From a virus: 64,000 nt of DNA. The stretch is from positions 1 to 64,000 of the IMG/VR virus record IMGVR_UViG_3300025030_000053; one strand, written 5' to 3'. The notes beneath the pieces are model-generated. The model had not been told where the DNA came from and searched no databases. It saw only the letters and a list, made by a program, of their open reading frames with translations. The translations under genes were made by a program, and so were the position numbers. Positions within the stretch are counted from its first letter, which is position 1; every line of letters starts with the position of its first letter. Positions 39,242-48,635 of this stretch are shown piece after piece.

Positions 39242-39724
39242 CTATTCCGGAATTTCAGATATATCTAATTTTCTGAACAACGATCCAGGAATATTTCCAG
39301 GTTCTTTTTCATATATCCATCCCGAACCATAACTATCAGACAAGAGATCTCTAAAATCAGGAGATTCCTGGAATTCGACTATTCCAGGATCCATATCTAA
39401 AAATTCTGTATTAGGATAATCTGTTGCCCACAGCAAGTTAGCGTTTGGATGCTCCTCAAACCATAACTCTGCTAATCTCTCAGTGGCAGCTTCAAATTCT
39501 TTCCCCTCAAAATCAGTTGAGCTATACAAAAATTTTTCATAGTTTTCTTCAAATTTTCTTTTTGACTCATCAGAAAGATCCTCATAAAATTCATAAAAAT
39601 GTTCTTGAAAATGGTCACCAAACCAACTTCCGTCAAATCCCTCTTGTATAATTTTGTATGCCCTATCCCTAGAAGTAGAATGATATGGGAAAGAGATGAC
39701 ATTTTTTGCCAATTTCATCCACAT
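39242..39724 (-). CDS. Hypothetical protein, possible ADP-ribosyltransferase-like fold
   Basis: Start MWMKLAK (TGATG coupling); YHSTSRDRAYKIIQEGF. Confidence 0.55.
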   Translation of the reverse strand: MWMKLAKNVISFPYHSTSRDRAYKIIQEGFDGSWFGDHFQEHFYEFYEDLSDESKRKFEENYEKFLYSSTDFEGKEFEAATERLAELWFEEHPNANLLWATDYPNTEFLDMDPGIVEFQESPDFRDLLSDSYGSGWIYEKEPGNIPGSLFRKLDISEIPE

Positions 39725-41181
39725 CACATCCCGCCCTTTGATGGTCCAACTCTCAATTGATCTGGGTTTTCGGTCATGTGCCAATTTTCTGTTGTGTTTT
39801 CCGCACCTTCGTGCATATCAGTTGGATCTAATCCTCGCTCTTGTTCTCTGACTCTTCTCAAAGCCTCTTCAATGGTCATTGTTTGGAAATCAAACATTGG
39901 CAGCTTGTCTGTTGGAGACATTCCCTGAGAATTGTTTTCTTCGTTTGGCGTCTCCTTCCAGTTGAACAACCCAAGATGTTCTTTGTTGATAGGATATTGT
40001 TCCAGATAATCTTTGTTGCCACCAAATGGCTCATTTTCTGTGGTCTCTCTTCGGTCAACAATCTGATCCATATATCTGCTCTCTGCACCGAAAGCCCCCG
40101 TTCCGCCGCCGTGATAGTTAGGATCTAAATTGTTTGGATCATTCGGATCACCACGTCGAGAAGGGGCAGATCCAGATTCAAAATTATACACCGCTTGTTT
40201 GTCTAGGCTCGAATATCTCCTCAATGTGTCCCATCTGACTTTATTGGGACGTTTAGTCAACAAGTTTGGACCAACAGGAGGTAGTTTCCCGTGCCATTGC
40301 GGAGTATTTTCTAGAATAGCCTGGAAACGATAATCTCTTCCTTTATCTTCTCCTTCTCTTCTGGCATTCAAAGCAGTTTCTGGTGAAGTATAATGTGATG
40401 GGTCTATGACTGCTTGTGTTCTGAGCCATTCTGGTGATCTTTGCCGATCTCTTTCCTTTTCTTCTGCTCGTTGTTGAAACATCCTTCTCAGTCTTTGAAG
40501 ATTTTTTTGTTTGATTCTTTCTCCCCAGGCAAGATTGTATTTCATTGCATTTTCATCAGCATATTTATGATTATAAAAGCCAACATTTTCCAATTTCTTT
40601 TCTGTTGATGTTCCGCCAGCAACCTTGTCATTTTTCCTGGCCATATCCAACACAGAATCAAACATTGTTTGGGATTTCCAGCCATTTCCATAGAATTGAT
40701 CTATGTCTCCGCCTTTCTGGAATGAGAAGTTTGAAAAAGATCCACCTTCACTTCCAGACATCCCACCTTGTCCACCCCATTGAGCGAATTTCAAAGTCAA
40801 AATTCCAGGATGATTCCCGTTCAACATTGACGCAAGGCTGAACATAGAATTTACATCTGGCAATGGTTCTTTTTTAGAGGCGAGATATACCAACGCTTTT
40901 TGAACATTTTCTTCAACAGACTTTCCATTTTTAAATTTCAAAGAAAGTTTTTCTAATTCATTTTTAGAATATTTTTTAGAAATAGCAGATGGAATCACTA
41001 AATTCAATTTTTCTGATTTACTTGCTATTTTTATTTCTGGCTTCAAAATGTTGATCAAAGATGAGTTATCATCAGCAGAAATTATTGACACAGACGAAGA
41101 TATTTTGATCATAATCTTGTCATCATAATGATATATACCATCTTCTGCATTCAGCAATGTCAAAATTTGCTCTATTCTCAT
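39724..41181 (-). CDS. Putative virion-associated hypothetical protein
   Basis: 485 aa; KIAS, KFAQ, KQAV motifs and E-x-x-L repeats. Confidence 0.65.
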   Translation of the reverse strand: MRIEQILTLLNAEDGIYHYDDKIMIKISSSVSIISADDNSSLINILKPEIKIASKSEKLNLVIPSAISKKYSKNELEKLSLKFKNGKSVEENVQKALVYLASKKEPLPDVNSMFSLASMLNGNHPGILTLKFAQWGGQGGMSGSEGGSFSNFSFQKGGDIDQFYGNGWKSQTMFDSVLDMARKNDKVAGGTSTEKKLENVGFYNHKYADENAMKYNLAWGERIKQKNLQRLRRMFQQRAEEKERDRQRSPEWLRTQAVIDPSHYTSPETALNARREGEDKGRDYRFQAILENTPQWHGKLPPVGPNLLTKRPNKVRWDTLRRYSSLDKQAVYNFESGSAPSRRGDPNDPNNLDPNYHGGGTGAFGAESRYMDQIVDRRETTENEPFGGNKDYLEQYPINKEHLGLFNWKETPNEENNSQGMSPTDKLPMFDFQTMTIEEALRRVREQERGLDPTDMHEGAENTTENWHMTENPDQLRVGPSKGGM

Positions 41182-41232
41182 TTTATATTAGCCTCTTGGT
41201 TGATATTTATAATATTTATGATCAAAACCTTC

Positions 41233-41278
41233 ATTCAAACAAAAAAGGATGGGATATCCCATCCTTTTTTGTTTGAAT
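41233..41278. terminator. Perfect 46-bp palindrome; bidirectional intrinsic terminator
   Basis: ATTCAAACAAAAAAGGATGGGAT|ATCCCATCCTTTTTTGTTTGAAT, just after the stop of 41295..42908. Confidence 0.8.
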
Positions 41279-41294
41279 TTGAATCAAGACTATT

Positions 41295-42908
41295 TTAGAT
41301 GTCCATACCGACAAATTCCAAAGAAACTCCTGCGAGTGAACTCTGATATACTTCATCTTCTGCTAGATAAATATTGACTTTATCTGATGGTTGAAGATCT
41401 GTATTCTCTGGAATATTAACCTCGACTGGCACAGAGAGCGCTCCAACGATATACAATTGATGGATATCAAAGAGATTCGTTACAGCACCATCCACGGTAA
41501 CCCTTACCCAATACAATTCTTCCGTAGAAGTAGTAGCAGGTGGAGTGGCTGTCAACAGCGTAGAATCTGCTGCATATTTTCTCCAATCACTTGGGATACC
41601 AGGGGCATCCCAGATAATTGTTCCATCTTGAGCGAATGAAGTCCCACCGGGACTATCAGTGCTGTCAGCAGCAGATGCCAGATTGACCCATTCAACGCCA
41701 TTCCAATAATCAGCAGAAGCAGCAACGGCATTGGCGTTGACGGTCGCACCGATGATGAAACCTATACCACCAAATGGCTGCGTATATCCTACATAAAGCT
41801 GATCAGTAGCTGCTGCCTGCATAGTCCAATTCACCAAAATTGGCGCAGCGACCGCTGAAACCTCTGTCAGAACACCACCGTCCTGCTGCACTACTGATGT
41901 GAATTTATCTGGCTGCTCGTTGCCACCACCAACAAATGTTGGCAAGCTGACTTCGGCTAAAACCTCATCACCTGGAACATATACTCTCTCAATCTCAACA
42001 TCAGCATCCAAATCATAAGAATTGACTGCTGATGTCAATGTAATTGCCACCCAGTAGACGTTATCTGTTAGTTTTGTTCCAGAATTGACGGTAGAGTGCG
42101 CAGAAGCCGTCGCATTGTATCTATCCCAATTTTCTGGTTTTTCAAACCAAGCAATTCTTCCGTTCCCTCCGAGGGAAACACCCGACCTCGAAGTTGTATC
42201 AGATACATTTTCGAATGATGTCCAACTGGACCCATTCCAATATTTGACAACATTGATTTTAGCTTGATCTACGTTAGTAGATGCAGTCATATCAATATAT
42301 ACATTATCGAATTTGAAAGTATGTCCGATGTAGATTGTATCTTGTGCATACACCATACTATCTACGGCAGTCCCGGTATCTGGAAGTCCCAAAGATGTCA
42401 ACGTTCCGTTGTCATCGATATAGGCATTGGTTGTCACTTGGGTTCCACTTCCAAAATCACCTTTGGTAACCAACAGGCTTCCTCTGTTATGGATGTAAAG
42501 GAATCCGGCGTTATTGTCTGGGGCAGCTCTTTGCCCAACTTTGGCAACAATTTTATCCAAGGACATTTTCTTTTTAGGTTGAAATTCGCCCATTACCAGA
42601 GAATCCACTGGGAAGTCCCAGGCAGCATTTGCGACATTTACATTGAATGTAGAAACTGGCATATAATTTCTTTTTGTAGTTCCTGCTATCCCTTCTAAAT
42701 AGCCTACAAAGTTTGAAGAAAGTGCAACACCATTCTCGTCAACCTCACCTAATGGTTCTACAAAACCCTGTTCAAGATAAGTCTGTGAAACAAGTCTGTT
42801 TGCTTCATTTGCTGGAACAACGAATTCATTGCCATAGGCATATGTATTGCCTCCGACACCTAGTCTTCCTGGACCTCTAAATGTGCATCTATATTTGAAG
42901 TAATTCAT
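41295..42908 (-). CDS. Beta-rich structural protein with two YWNG-W domains, paralog of 42981..44597
   Basis: Two repeats of D.(I/L)Y(I/V)G...F....YWNG..W...D.T...G.I.W..P..W...YWV. Confidence 0.75.
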   Translation of the reverse strand: MNYFKYRCTFRGPGRLGVGGNTYAYGNEFVVPANEANRLVSQTYLEQGFVEPLGEVDENGVALSSNFVGYLEGIAGTTKRNYMPVSTFNVNVANAAWDFPVDSLVMGEFQPKKKMSLDKIVAKVGQRAAPDNNAGFLYIHNRGSLLVTKGDFGSGTQVTTNAYIDDNGTLTSLGLPDTGTAVDSMVYAQDTIYIGHTFKFDNVYIDMTASTNVDQAKINVVKYWNGSSWTSFENVSDTTSRSGVSLGGNGRIAWFEKPENWDRYNATASAHSTVNSGTKLTDNVYWVAITLTSAVNSYDLDADVEIERVYVPGDEVLAEVSLPTFVGGGNEQPDKFTSVVQQDGGVLTEVSAVAAPILVNWTMQAAATDQLYVGYTQPFGGIGFIIGATVNANAVAASADYWNGVEWVNLASAADSTDSPGGTSFAQDGTIIWDAPGIPSDWRKYAADSTLLTATPPATTSTEELYWVRVTVDGAVTNLFDIHQLYIVGALSVPVEVNIPENTDLQPSDKVNIYLAEDEVYQSSLAGVSLEFVGMDI

Positions 42909-42939
42909 ATTTTTCTCCTTCTAAATTTCACTTCTTCAT

Positions 42940-42974
42940 CCTGATGGGGGAATTCAAAGAATTCCCCCATCAGG
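42940..42974. promoter_or_regulatory. 16-bp perfect stem-loop between the paralogous structural genes
   Basis: CCTGATGGGGGAATTC-AAA-GAATTCCCCCATCAGG; no U-tract. Confidence 0.6.
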
Positions 42975-42980
42975 CAGAAA

Positions 42981-44597
42981 TTAGATGTCCGCTCCGACGA
43001 GTTGAAGTGTAACGCCACTTAGCGCGTCAGTTTCACCTTCTATTTCTCCAACATAAACATTCAAGAAATCGCTCGGTGCAACCTCAACGTTAGTTGGGAC
43101 ATTGAATTCGATAGGGACTGTAGCAGATCTTATTGGATACACTCTGTTGATATCGAACAAGTTAGTTAAGTTTCCGTCCCACGTCAGTCTGACCCAGAAC
43201 AAAACACTAGTTGTTGTATCTGTGTCAAGTGTTTGACTATCCATCAATGCGGATGTAGCCGCTGTGGATCTCCAATCAGCAGGTATATTCCAAGTGACGG
43301 CACCATCAACTTTCAAGGTATCTGCAACAGAATTTGTTCCGTCGGTAGCGCCCAATGATACCCACTCTGCCCCATTCCAATAGCTCGCGGTAAGAGTAGA
43401 TACAGCATCATTGACCGTGGTCCCAACATCAACAAGAACTCCGCCAAAGATATCTGCATAACCGAGATAGAGTGCATCATCAGCGGCATTAGGTGTCGGC
43501 CAATCTGTAATCATTGCCGATGTAGACGCATAAACATCATTTAATGTAGTATCATCTTGCTGAACTACAGAATCGAATGTTTCCCTGCTCGCAATTACCT
43601 TTTCACCATCTTTGACGGCAATCATATTGATTTCAGCTAGTGGCTCATCGCCAGGCACCCAAATTCTATTGAGTTCTGTATCAGCATCAAAAGTGGTTGC
43701 TGAACCGTCGGTCAAATACTGAACGGCGACCCAATAAACATCATTTGCTAATGCTGTTCCGGAATTAACTCCTGAAACACGATGTGCAGAAGCAGTAGCA
43801 CCATCTGGATCCCAGTTTACTGGTTGTTCATACCAGGCAATCCAACCATCTCCACCGAGAGGGGCGCCGGCACGAACTGTAGTATCTGTGACATTCTCAA
43901 ATGCTGTCCAACCAGTGCCATTCCAATAGCTTACTGAATAAATGTATCCACCATTACCATTGACTGAGCCGGCGACCACATCAACATAAACACCAGAGAA
44001 TTTAGCTGTATGCCCAATATAAATTGTATCTTGAAGATATGTAAAGCTGTCAAGAACTGTAGTAGTCAAAGGAAGTCCTAGTGTTTCCAGTGTCCCGTTA
44101 TCATCAGTCCAGCCATTTGTCGTGATTTGAGTAGCTTCTCCAGAATCACCCTTGGTCAAGAGCATATGAACTCGGTTGTCTAGATTCAATGTGCCAGAAC
44201 CATCGTCAGTAGCAGGAAGTACCGCTTGATAAGATACAACTTTGTCAAGCATCAGCCTTCTTTGAACATTATAATCAGACACAACTTTTACACCAGCAGT
44301 GTCAAAAGCAGTATCTGGCAATGGTATGTCAATTGTGACAGCCGGCAGAACATTTTTGCTCAACGTCCATTGTTTACCATCAAGCAAACTTTGAATATTC
44401 GGTGAAAAATATCCGCCAGCAGTATCTACCTCGCCGAGATATTCAAGATGTTTTCCTGTTAAATCTGCTGTTTTAACTTTTCTAGCGGCTTGTTCGTCAC
44501 TGAGAACGATTACCTGTCCATATGTTGCTGGAATATCACCAACAGCAAAGAAACCAGGCCCTCTATATGTGCATCTATATGCATGAAAATTAGCCAT
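42981..44597 (-). CDS. Beta-rich structural protein with two YWNG-W domains
   Basis: Collinear with 41295..42908 (YRCT.RGPG; LL.TKGD.G..TQ.TTN; QDTIYIGHT.KF). Confidence 0.75.
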   Translation of the reverse strand: MANFHAYRCTYRGPGFFAVGDIPATYGQVIVLSDEQAARKVKTADLTGKHLEYLGEVDTAGGYFSPNIQSLLDGKQWTLSKNVLPAVTIDIPLPDTAFDTAGVKVVSDYNVQRRLMLDKVVSYQAVLPATDDGSGTLNLDNRVHMLLTKGDSGEATQITTNGWTDDNGTLETLGLPLTTTVLDSFTYLQDTIYIGHTAKFSGVYVDVVAGSVNGNGGYIYSVSYWNGTGWTAFENVTDTTVRAGAPLGGDGWIAWYEQPVNWDPDGATASAHRVSGVNSGTALANDVYWVAVQYLTDGSATTFDADTELNRIWVPGDEPLAEINMIAVKDGEKVIASRETFDSVVQQDDTTLNDVYASTSAMITDWPTPNAADDALYLGYADIFGGVLVDVGTTVNDAVSTLTASYWNGAEWVSLGATDGTNSVADTLKVDGAVTWNIPADWRSTAATSALMDSQTLDTDTTTSVLFWVRLTWDGNLTNLFDINRVYPIRSATVPIEFNVPTNVEVAPSDFLNVYVGEIEGETDALSGVTLQLVGADI

Positions 44598-44661
44598 ATA
44601 ATTTTCCTCCTAAATCCTCACAGCGAGGATGAAATTTATCCTTATTGGATTATATTTGTTT

Positions 44662-44686
44662 ATTCTTTAAAAATTTAGATATTCCT
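44662..44686 (-). promoter_or_regulatory. SigH-consensus promoter
   Basis: AAGAAGGA-N17-GAAT on the minus strand. Confidence 0.7.
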
Positions 44687-44732
44687 TCTTTTTCAAAAAT
44701 TTTTTTGGTTATTTTTTGTGGTTAGTTTTGTT

Positions 44733-46889
44733 TCACCATCCAGACTTTCCAGTACGTCGACTCCCAATAGAACCATACATCCTTTCCGCAGAGTCAATGT
44801 TCAATCTGTAAGCCCTAATTCTTGGCAAAGATGCCATAATAGTGTTTTGAAGAGACATATAGGCAGCAGCCGCTATGCAATCAGGAATGTCATCGTTATG
44901 TCCATCGGTGGCTTGAACACGGAAACCTCTCCGTCCATATTTTTTTTGCAGAAACATAAATTGATCTTTAATATCTGGCACCCAAGGACCAGATCCATAT
45001 ATTTCCAATCTCTCATCTTGCATAAGATGCAAAAGAGTTTCATATATTTTTTCTTTGAAACTTTGATTGAAAGTAGTTTGAACTGATTTGATGCCTTTTT
45101 TGTGCATTTTTTGAATGGAAGTAATAGAATTCATTTGATCATAGCTAAGAGATACTACATTAAATTTCTTTTTGCATATTTCAATAATATAATCATCAAC
45201 TTCATCAATCATTATTGCTTCAAGTTTGTTTTTTGCTTTCCACATTTCCACATGATCAACAATAACATATTTCATCAATTCATTAGTTCCGGGCATTATC
45301 CTGTCTTCTGTATGGACAACAGCCAAAGCGTAATTATCGCTAGTAGTAGCCGGATCGGCATGAGCGTAGTAATTGATTCCTGGTGTCCCGTATGGGGCCC
45401 GACGTCGTTCGGGTTTAATTGCCAAATCAATCAAAATAGGAGAAAACATAGGCTCGGAAGCACCTTCTGAGAATTTAGCCATATATTGCATTTCATAAAG
45501 TGCGGGATCTTCATTTTTCTGTTCTTGAAGCCATTGTTTATCAACGCTAGGATTACATGTCTCGGTTGCTAACTGAAACATCAATGGGTTTCTATCGTTT
45601 CTTAAGGAATTATTGTATAATTTCCATAAAATTCCTTCTTGGGCCAAAGGATTAGAAATTACGCAAATTTTTCCATACTTTCCGAATGTTGCCAATGAAG
45701 GTTTTAATTTTTTATATAATTCAGAATCACTAGTCTTTGAATCTTCCTTTTTGATCATTTCGGCAACTTCGTCGATAATAATAACTGCACATGTTTTGCC
45801 TACCTGACCACTGGCTTTTGAAGTCCCAGATTTAATTTCTATTGATCCTGGCAATGTAGGAATTCCATCCATTCTTCTTTCTTCATTTTTTCTAAGATCT
45901 TTTGGTGAAAGAAGAATCATTGATTGGTCGCTAGTTCTGTCTTTGTTTATATGTTTTTTAAAGAATGGAGAATTTATAGCCATAGATTTAATTTTGCTAA
46001 ATACAGAATCTTTTCCCTGATCTTCATTTCCGGCAACATTCATAATGGTAATCATATCATCATCAAGAAGTCCAAAATAATTTTGTGGATCATCAAGTTT
46101 GATCAGTCTGTATGCTTCATATAATGCTATTATTGCGACTAATAAGCTTTTTCCACTCCGGCGCCCAAGCACCAAAACTAAGTCTGTAAATGGCAATCCA
46201 ATCTTTCTGATTATCTGATTTCTAACTAATTCTGTATCACTCAAACTTCCTCTGGAATCTTCTATAAGATAATTTAATATTTCATCATCTAAATTCTCAT
46301 TATCTTCTATTTCACTATTCGTATTATTCTGATTATTCTGATAATGTTCTATTAGGATGTATTTGGCTTGATCATACACCATATCAGGAGGCAATCTATT
46401 GCCCTCTGGTGTCAAGTCTTGAAAAATCATCTGCATTTCACTCAAAAAATTAGATTTCAACTCTGTATTCAATTCCCATTTTTTTATCTGTGATTCAGAA
46501 AATTTTCCTATATTTATTTGTCTTTGCAGATATTCTTTTTTTAAATTTTGATCGTATAATTTGCAAGACAAACAAGGAGAATCTAATTCCTGAAGTCTAT
46601 TTTTGTTCCAAACACAATTATAGCAAGCTTCTTCTACTGGATCAAAACTGATAGATAATTTTTCATTTCCGTGCGATCCCATATAGAAAACTTTAAGAAT
46701 TAACATTTGCCAAGGATATAATTTTTGATGTAGATATCTGTCATCTTCGACAAATTTGACTATATCTACAAATTGATATTGATTTTCGTCAAAATCTATT
46801 GGGGCATCTTCCTCCATCTGCCCCAATAGTAAGTCCAACTTGTCAAAGATGACACTATTTATATTGTCTTCAAAATTGGTCTTTATCAT
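44733..46889 (-). CDS. terL: Terminase large subunit
   Basis: LYPWQ, LVLGRRSGKS (Walker A), IIIDEVAE (Walker B), ISNP, HADPA, SYDQ, HNDDIPD. Confidence 0.92.
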   Translation of the reverse strand: MIKTNFEDNINSVIFDKLDLLLGQMEEDAPIDFDENQYQFVDIVKFVEDDRYLHQKLYPWQMLILKVFYMGSHGNEKLSISFDPVEEACYNCVWNKNRLQELDSPCLSCKLYDQNLKKEYLQRQINIGKFSESQIKKWELNTELKSNFLSEMQMIFQDLTPEGNRLPPDMVYDQAKYILIEHYQNNQNNTNSEIEDNENLDDEILNYLIEDSRGSLSDTELVRNQIIRKIGLPFTDLVLVLGRRSGKSLLVAIIALYEAYRLIKLDDPQNYFGLLDDDMITIMNVAGNEDQGKDSVFSKIKSMAINSPFFKKHINKDRTSDQSMILLSPKDLRKNEERRMDGIPTLPGSIEIKSGTSKASGQVGKTCAVIIIDEVAEMIKKEDSKTSDSELYKKLKPSLATFGKYGKICVISNPLAQEGILWKLYNNSLRNDRNPLMFQLATETCNPSVDKQWLQEQKNEDPALYEMQYMAKFSEGASEPMFSPILIDLAIKPERRRAPYGTPGINYYAHADPATTSDNYALAVVHTEDRIMPGTNELMKYVIVDHVEMWKAKNKLEAIMIDEVDDYIIEICKKKFNVVSLSYDQMNSITSIQKMHKKGIKSVQTTFNQSFKEKIYETLLHLMQDERLEIYGSGPWVPDIKDQFMFLQKKYGRRGFRVQATDGHNDDIPDCIAAAAYMSLQNTIMASLPRIRAYRLNIDSAERMYGSIGSRRTGKSGW

Positions 46890-47617
46890 TTAGATTTTCT
46901 TTCTAATTTAGATTTCAAAAAATCTTGAAAATCTTTAATTCCATCTTTTATATATTCTTTGTTGTCGATTCCTGTTATTTTCTGCATTAAATCTGCCATT
47001 ACTTCTGTAAATTTGTCTGCCATTTCCATAACTGCCGATTCTGCCTCATCTCTCAGTCCAGAAATTTCATATTCCAATGTGGTAAAATTTTTGTATGTTC
47101 CAAGCAAACTATTTACTACCTGATTCACTTTTATCAACTGATCAAGATTCTTGCTTAGATCAATTGATTTCATTTCTGCAATCATGTCTATCAACATTCT
47201 TTTTCCATATCCTATTGGTTCTCTCTCGATTACAGAATATTCCTCCTTGGTATCTTGAATCCTTTGCATAAAATCAATAGAGATAGGAGTAAAATCAACA
47301 TGCTCCCTCATGTGTGTGTCCACGGTGGCCCACGACCACGATGGATTGCTGACTCCTCTCTCTTTGTCTTTTTCAATAAGCAACTTTCTGACTGGGTCTA
47401 TCTTCCTGATTTCAAGATATAATTTCTCTGCCTCATCTCTATATATTGATTGACACAGGCTACATCTATTCTCATTAAATTTTGCATATTGTGTATATTC
47501 GCCATTGTCAAGAACAACTGCTTTCAAAATTGGATTCAATTTTTTTGTTTTTTCTTTGTATTCTTCTATTTGTTGAAGAACCTTTTCATTTGACAATCTC
47601 AAATCTTCTGCTGGCAT
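46886..47617 (-). CDS. Putative terminase small subunit
   Basis: Directly upstream of terL; CSLC...H.REH zinc/HTH region followed by helices. Confidence 0.55.
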   Translation of the reverse strand: MPAEDLRLSNEKVLQQIEEYKEKTKKLNPILKAVVLDNGEYTQYAKFNENRCSLCQSIYRDEAEKLYLEIRKIDPVRKLLIEKDKERGVSNPSWSWATVDTHMREHVDFTPISIDFMQRIQDTKEEYSVIEREPIGYGKRMLIDMIAEMKSIDLSKNLDQLIKVNQVVNSLLGTYKNFTTLEYEISGLRDEAESAVMEMADKFTEVMADLMQKITGIDNKEYIKDGIKDFQDFLKSKLERKSK

Positions 47618-47644
47618 AATTTGCTCCTCTCAACTTAATTCATC

Positions 47645-47670
47645 ATTCTCAACTTAAAGTTGAGAATCCT
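47645..47670 (-). promoter_or_regulatory. SigH-like terminase promoter overlapped by an 11-bp inverted repeat
   Basis: AGGA-N18-GAAT; ATTCTCAACTT-A-AAGTTGAGAAT at 47645..47667. Confidence 0.55.
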
Positions 47671-47733
47671 TTTTTTATTTTTGAAGGAGGATTTTTTATG
47701 ATTTTATATAAAACAACGATGAGGGAAATAAAA

Positions 47734-48435
47734 ATGCTGAAACAATTAATAAAAATTGCAAATTCATTAGATGGTCATAATATGCTCAATGAATCTGAAA
47801 TTTTAGATTCTGTGATATATAAACTTGCCTACACATCTGAAATGCAAGGCACAGCATCAGAAATGGCAGCGATTGATCCAGAAAAAGCGCAATTTGAGCA
47901 TTTAGGATTGTTCAAGAAAATTTCACAACAACCAATCAATTTAGTCAGCCGACTCAGTCGTCCAGAAATAGCAATTGAATCTTTTCTAGGTGGTGCAAAT
48001 ATACAAGACATGGTGAGCAGAGCAGTAATGGAATTGAACATCCTTGCTCAACGACTCGGAGGATATGAAAAAGAAATGGGTATGCCTCGATTGCAGCAAA
48101 TGGGATCTGTTAAGGTGCTGGAAATGATGAATCATCCAGAAATAGAGGCAATATACTATTCCGACCCAGAATCCCTAGAACACGAACGAAGACACCAGCG
48201 GGGAGAAACCAAGACTCCAGAGCAAGTCAAACAGGACATTGCTTCACAATTGCAATCAGTGTTTCCGCAGGAAGTTCCGCCAGAAGAAAGACAAAGAATC
48301 ATCAGTGAATGGATGGATAATTATATTTCCAACCTTGGGAGATATTACGCACAAGGCGAAATTCCAGGAGAATTAGCTGCTGATCTTCCTACAATCACAG
48401 ATAAGGCAAAGAAAGATTTGAGTCAGATGTTTTGA
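47734..48435 (+). CDS. Hypothetical protein with helical leader and HExxH motif
   Basis: MLKQLIKIANSLD...YKLA leader; EHERRH. Confidence 0.7.
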   Translation: MLKQLIKIANSLDGHNMLNESEILDSVIYKLAYTSEMQGTASEMAAIDPEKAQFEHLGLFKKISQQPINLVSRLSRPEIAIESFLGGANIQDMVSRAVMELNILAQRLGGYEKEMGMPRLQQMGSVKVLEMMNHPEIEAIYYSDPESLEHERRHQRGETKTPEQVKQDIASQLQSVFPQEVPPEERQRIISEWMDNYISNLGRYYAQGEIPGELAADLPTITDKAKKDLSQMF

Positions 48436-48635
48436 TTGTTTTCAATTACGTCATCAACACTAAAACCAAAAAAATCAGCCAATTCTTCGATAGATGGCTG
48501 ATTCAAGTCTCGATGAATAGTATCCAAAAAAAGTCCTTGTAATCCACGATTCCCCCTGGTCATATCATTAGGATTTTGAATTAAAATTTCATCCGATGAA
48601 AAGACAGATGATTGTTTTTTATTCTTCTGTTTCAT
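48423..48635 (-). CDS. Small hypothetical protein
   Basis: 70-aa ORF overlapping the upstream gene end. Confidence 0.5.
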   Translation of the reverse strand: MKQKNKKQSSVFSSDEILIQNPNDMTRGNRGLQGLFLDTIHRDLNQPSIEELADFFGFSVDDVIENNQNI

